Source: a virus
Lineage: Duplodnaviria; Caudoviricetes
Reading direction: 5' to 3' (one strand)
Virus record (IMG/VR): IMGVR_UViG_3300042465_001705
Location: 1 to 35,611 of that record
Length of the DNA stretch: 35,611 nt
Position 1 is the first letter of the stretch; the number at the start of each line of letters is the position of its first letter. Position numbers and translations under genes: made by a program. Below, piece after piece: positions 35,281 through 35,611 of this stretch. The notes under the pieces are model-generated. The model was not told the DNA's origin. It was given only the letters and a program-made list of their open reading frames with translations, and searched no databases.

Positions 35281-35395
35281 CGATGCGATACACTTTATTT
35301 ACTGTGCGCTAGTCGCCCGAGTTTCGTCTTACCTCTGTGTCCGTGTGACCTAGACGGCGACTTGGGCTTTCCATGCGCCGTTCAAGGAGGAATAG

Positions 35396-35611
35396 ATGGC
35401 TAAGTATCGTGTGCTTCAGGGGATTGATTACCCACCAAACAAACGCGCCGAAATTGGCGATGTCGTAGAAGATTTACCTGCCACATCAATCAAGTGGTTA
35501 CTTGAGTCTGGCGCTATTGAGGATTCCTCTAAGCCAGCAAAAATAGTTGAAGAAACAAAAACAGAAACAATCGTTGAGCCAGTAGTCGAGGCTCCAGTTA
35601 AGGCTGTTAAA
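35396..35611 (+). CDS. 3'-truncated hypothetical protein, likely start of the tail operon
   Basis: AAGGAGG RBS; MAKYRVLQGIDYPPNKRAEIGDVVEDLP...; open to the window end. Confidence 0.7.
   Translation, partial: MAKYRVLQGIDYPPNKRAEIGDVVEDLPATSIKWLLESGAIEDSSKPAKIVEETKTETIVEPVVEAPVKAVK

Overview
This window is part of a tailed-phage (Caudoviricetes) genome, with essentially all real genes on the + strand. Two WhiB-type genes, an actinobacterial-type SSB, a transglycosylase-like gene and several apparently leaderless promoters point to an actinobacterial host; a freshwater actinophage is an inference. Gene order: truncated lectin/FN3/Pro-rich surface protein and two small membrane proteins; an early-type cluster of small genes; transglycosylase, WhiB x2, SSB; portal and MuF-type head protein; an ~11 kb insert; XkdF-like prohead protease; scaffold, decoration protein and major capsid; a block of fibre/appendage-like genes; head-tail joining genes; Com-like Zn finger, metallophosphoesterase and DUF6378-like genes. 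The main discovery is the insert (9918-20925), an array of mostly coupled polyprotein genes. It carries 11 copies of the peptide tag (V/I/M)xK-H(x2/x4)HDQx(T/S)HGxWA, most of them heading a distinct effector-like domain: several ADP-ribosyltransferase-like domains, GNAT, RelA/SpoT-like, ParB-like and others. Short candidate immunity peptides appear daisy-chained onto the next gene, one is nested out of frame, and the 11th tag is reachable only through a -1 slippery site. I interpret this as a protease-processed, capsid-packaged effector arsenal. A hairpin RNA whose loop is complementary to the extended RBS of three phage genes is also present. All domain calls are from motif recognition by eye; no database searches were run.
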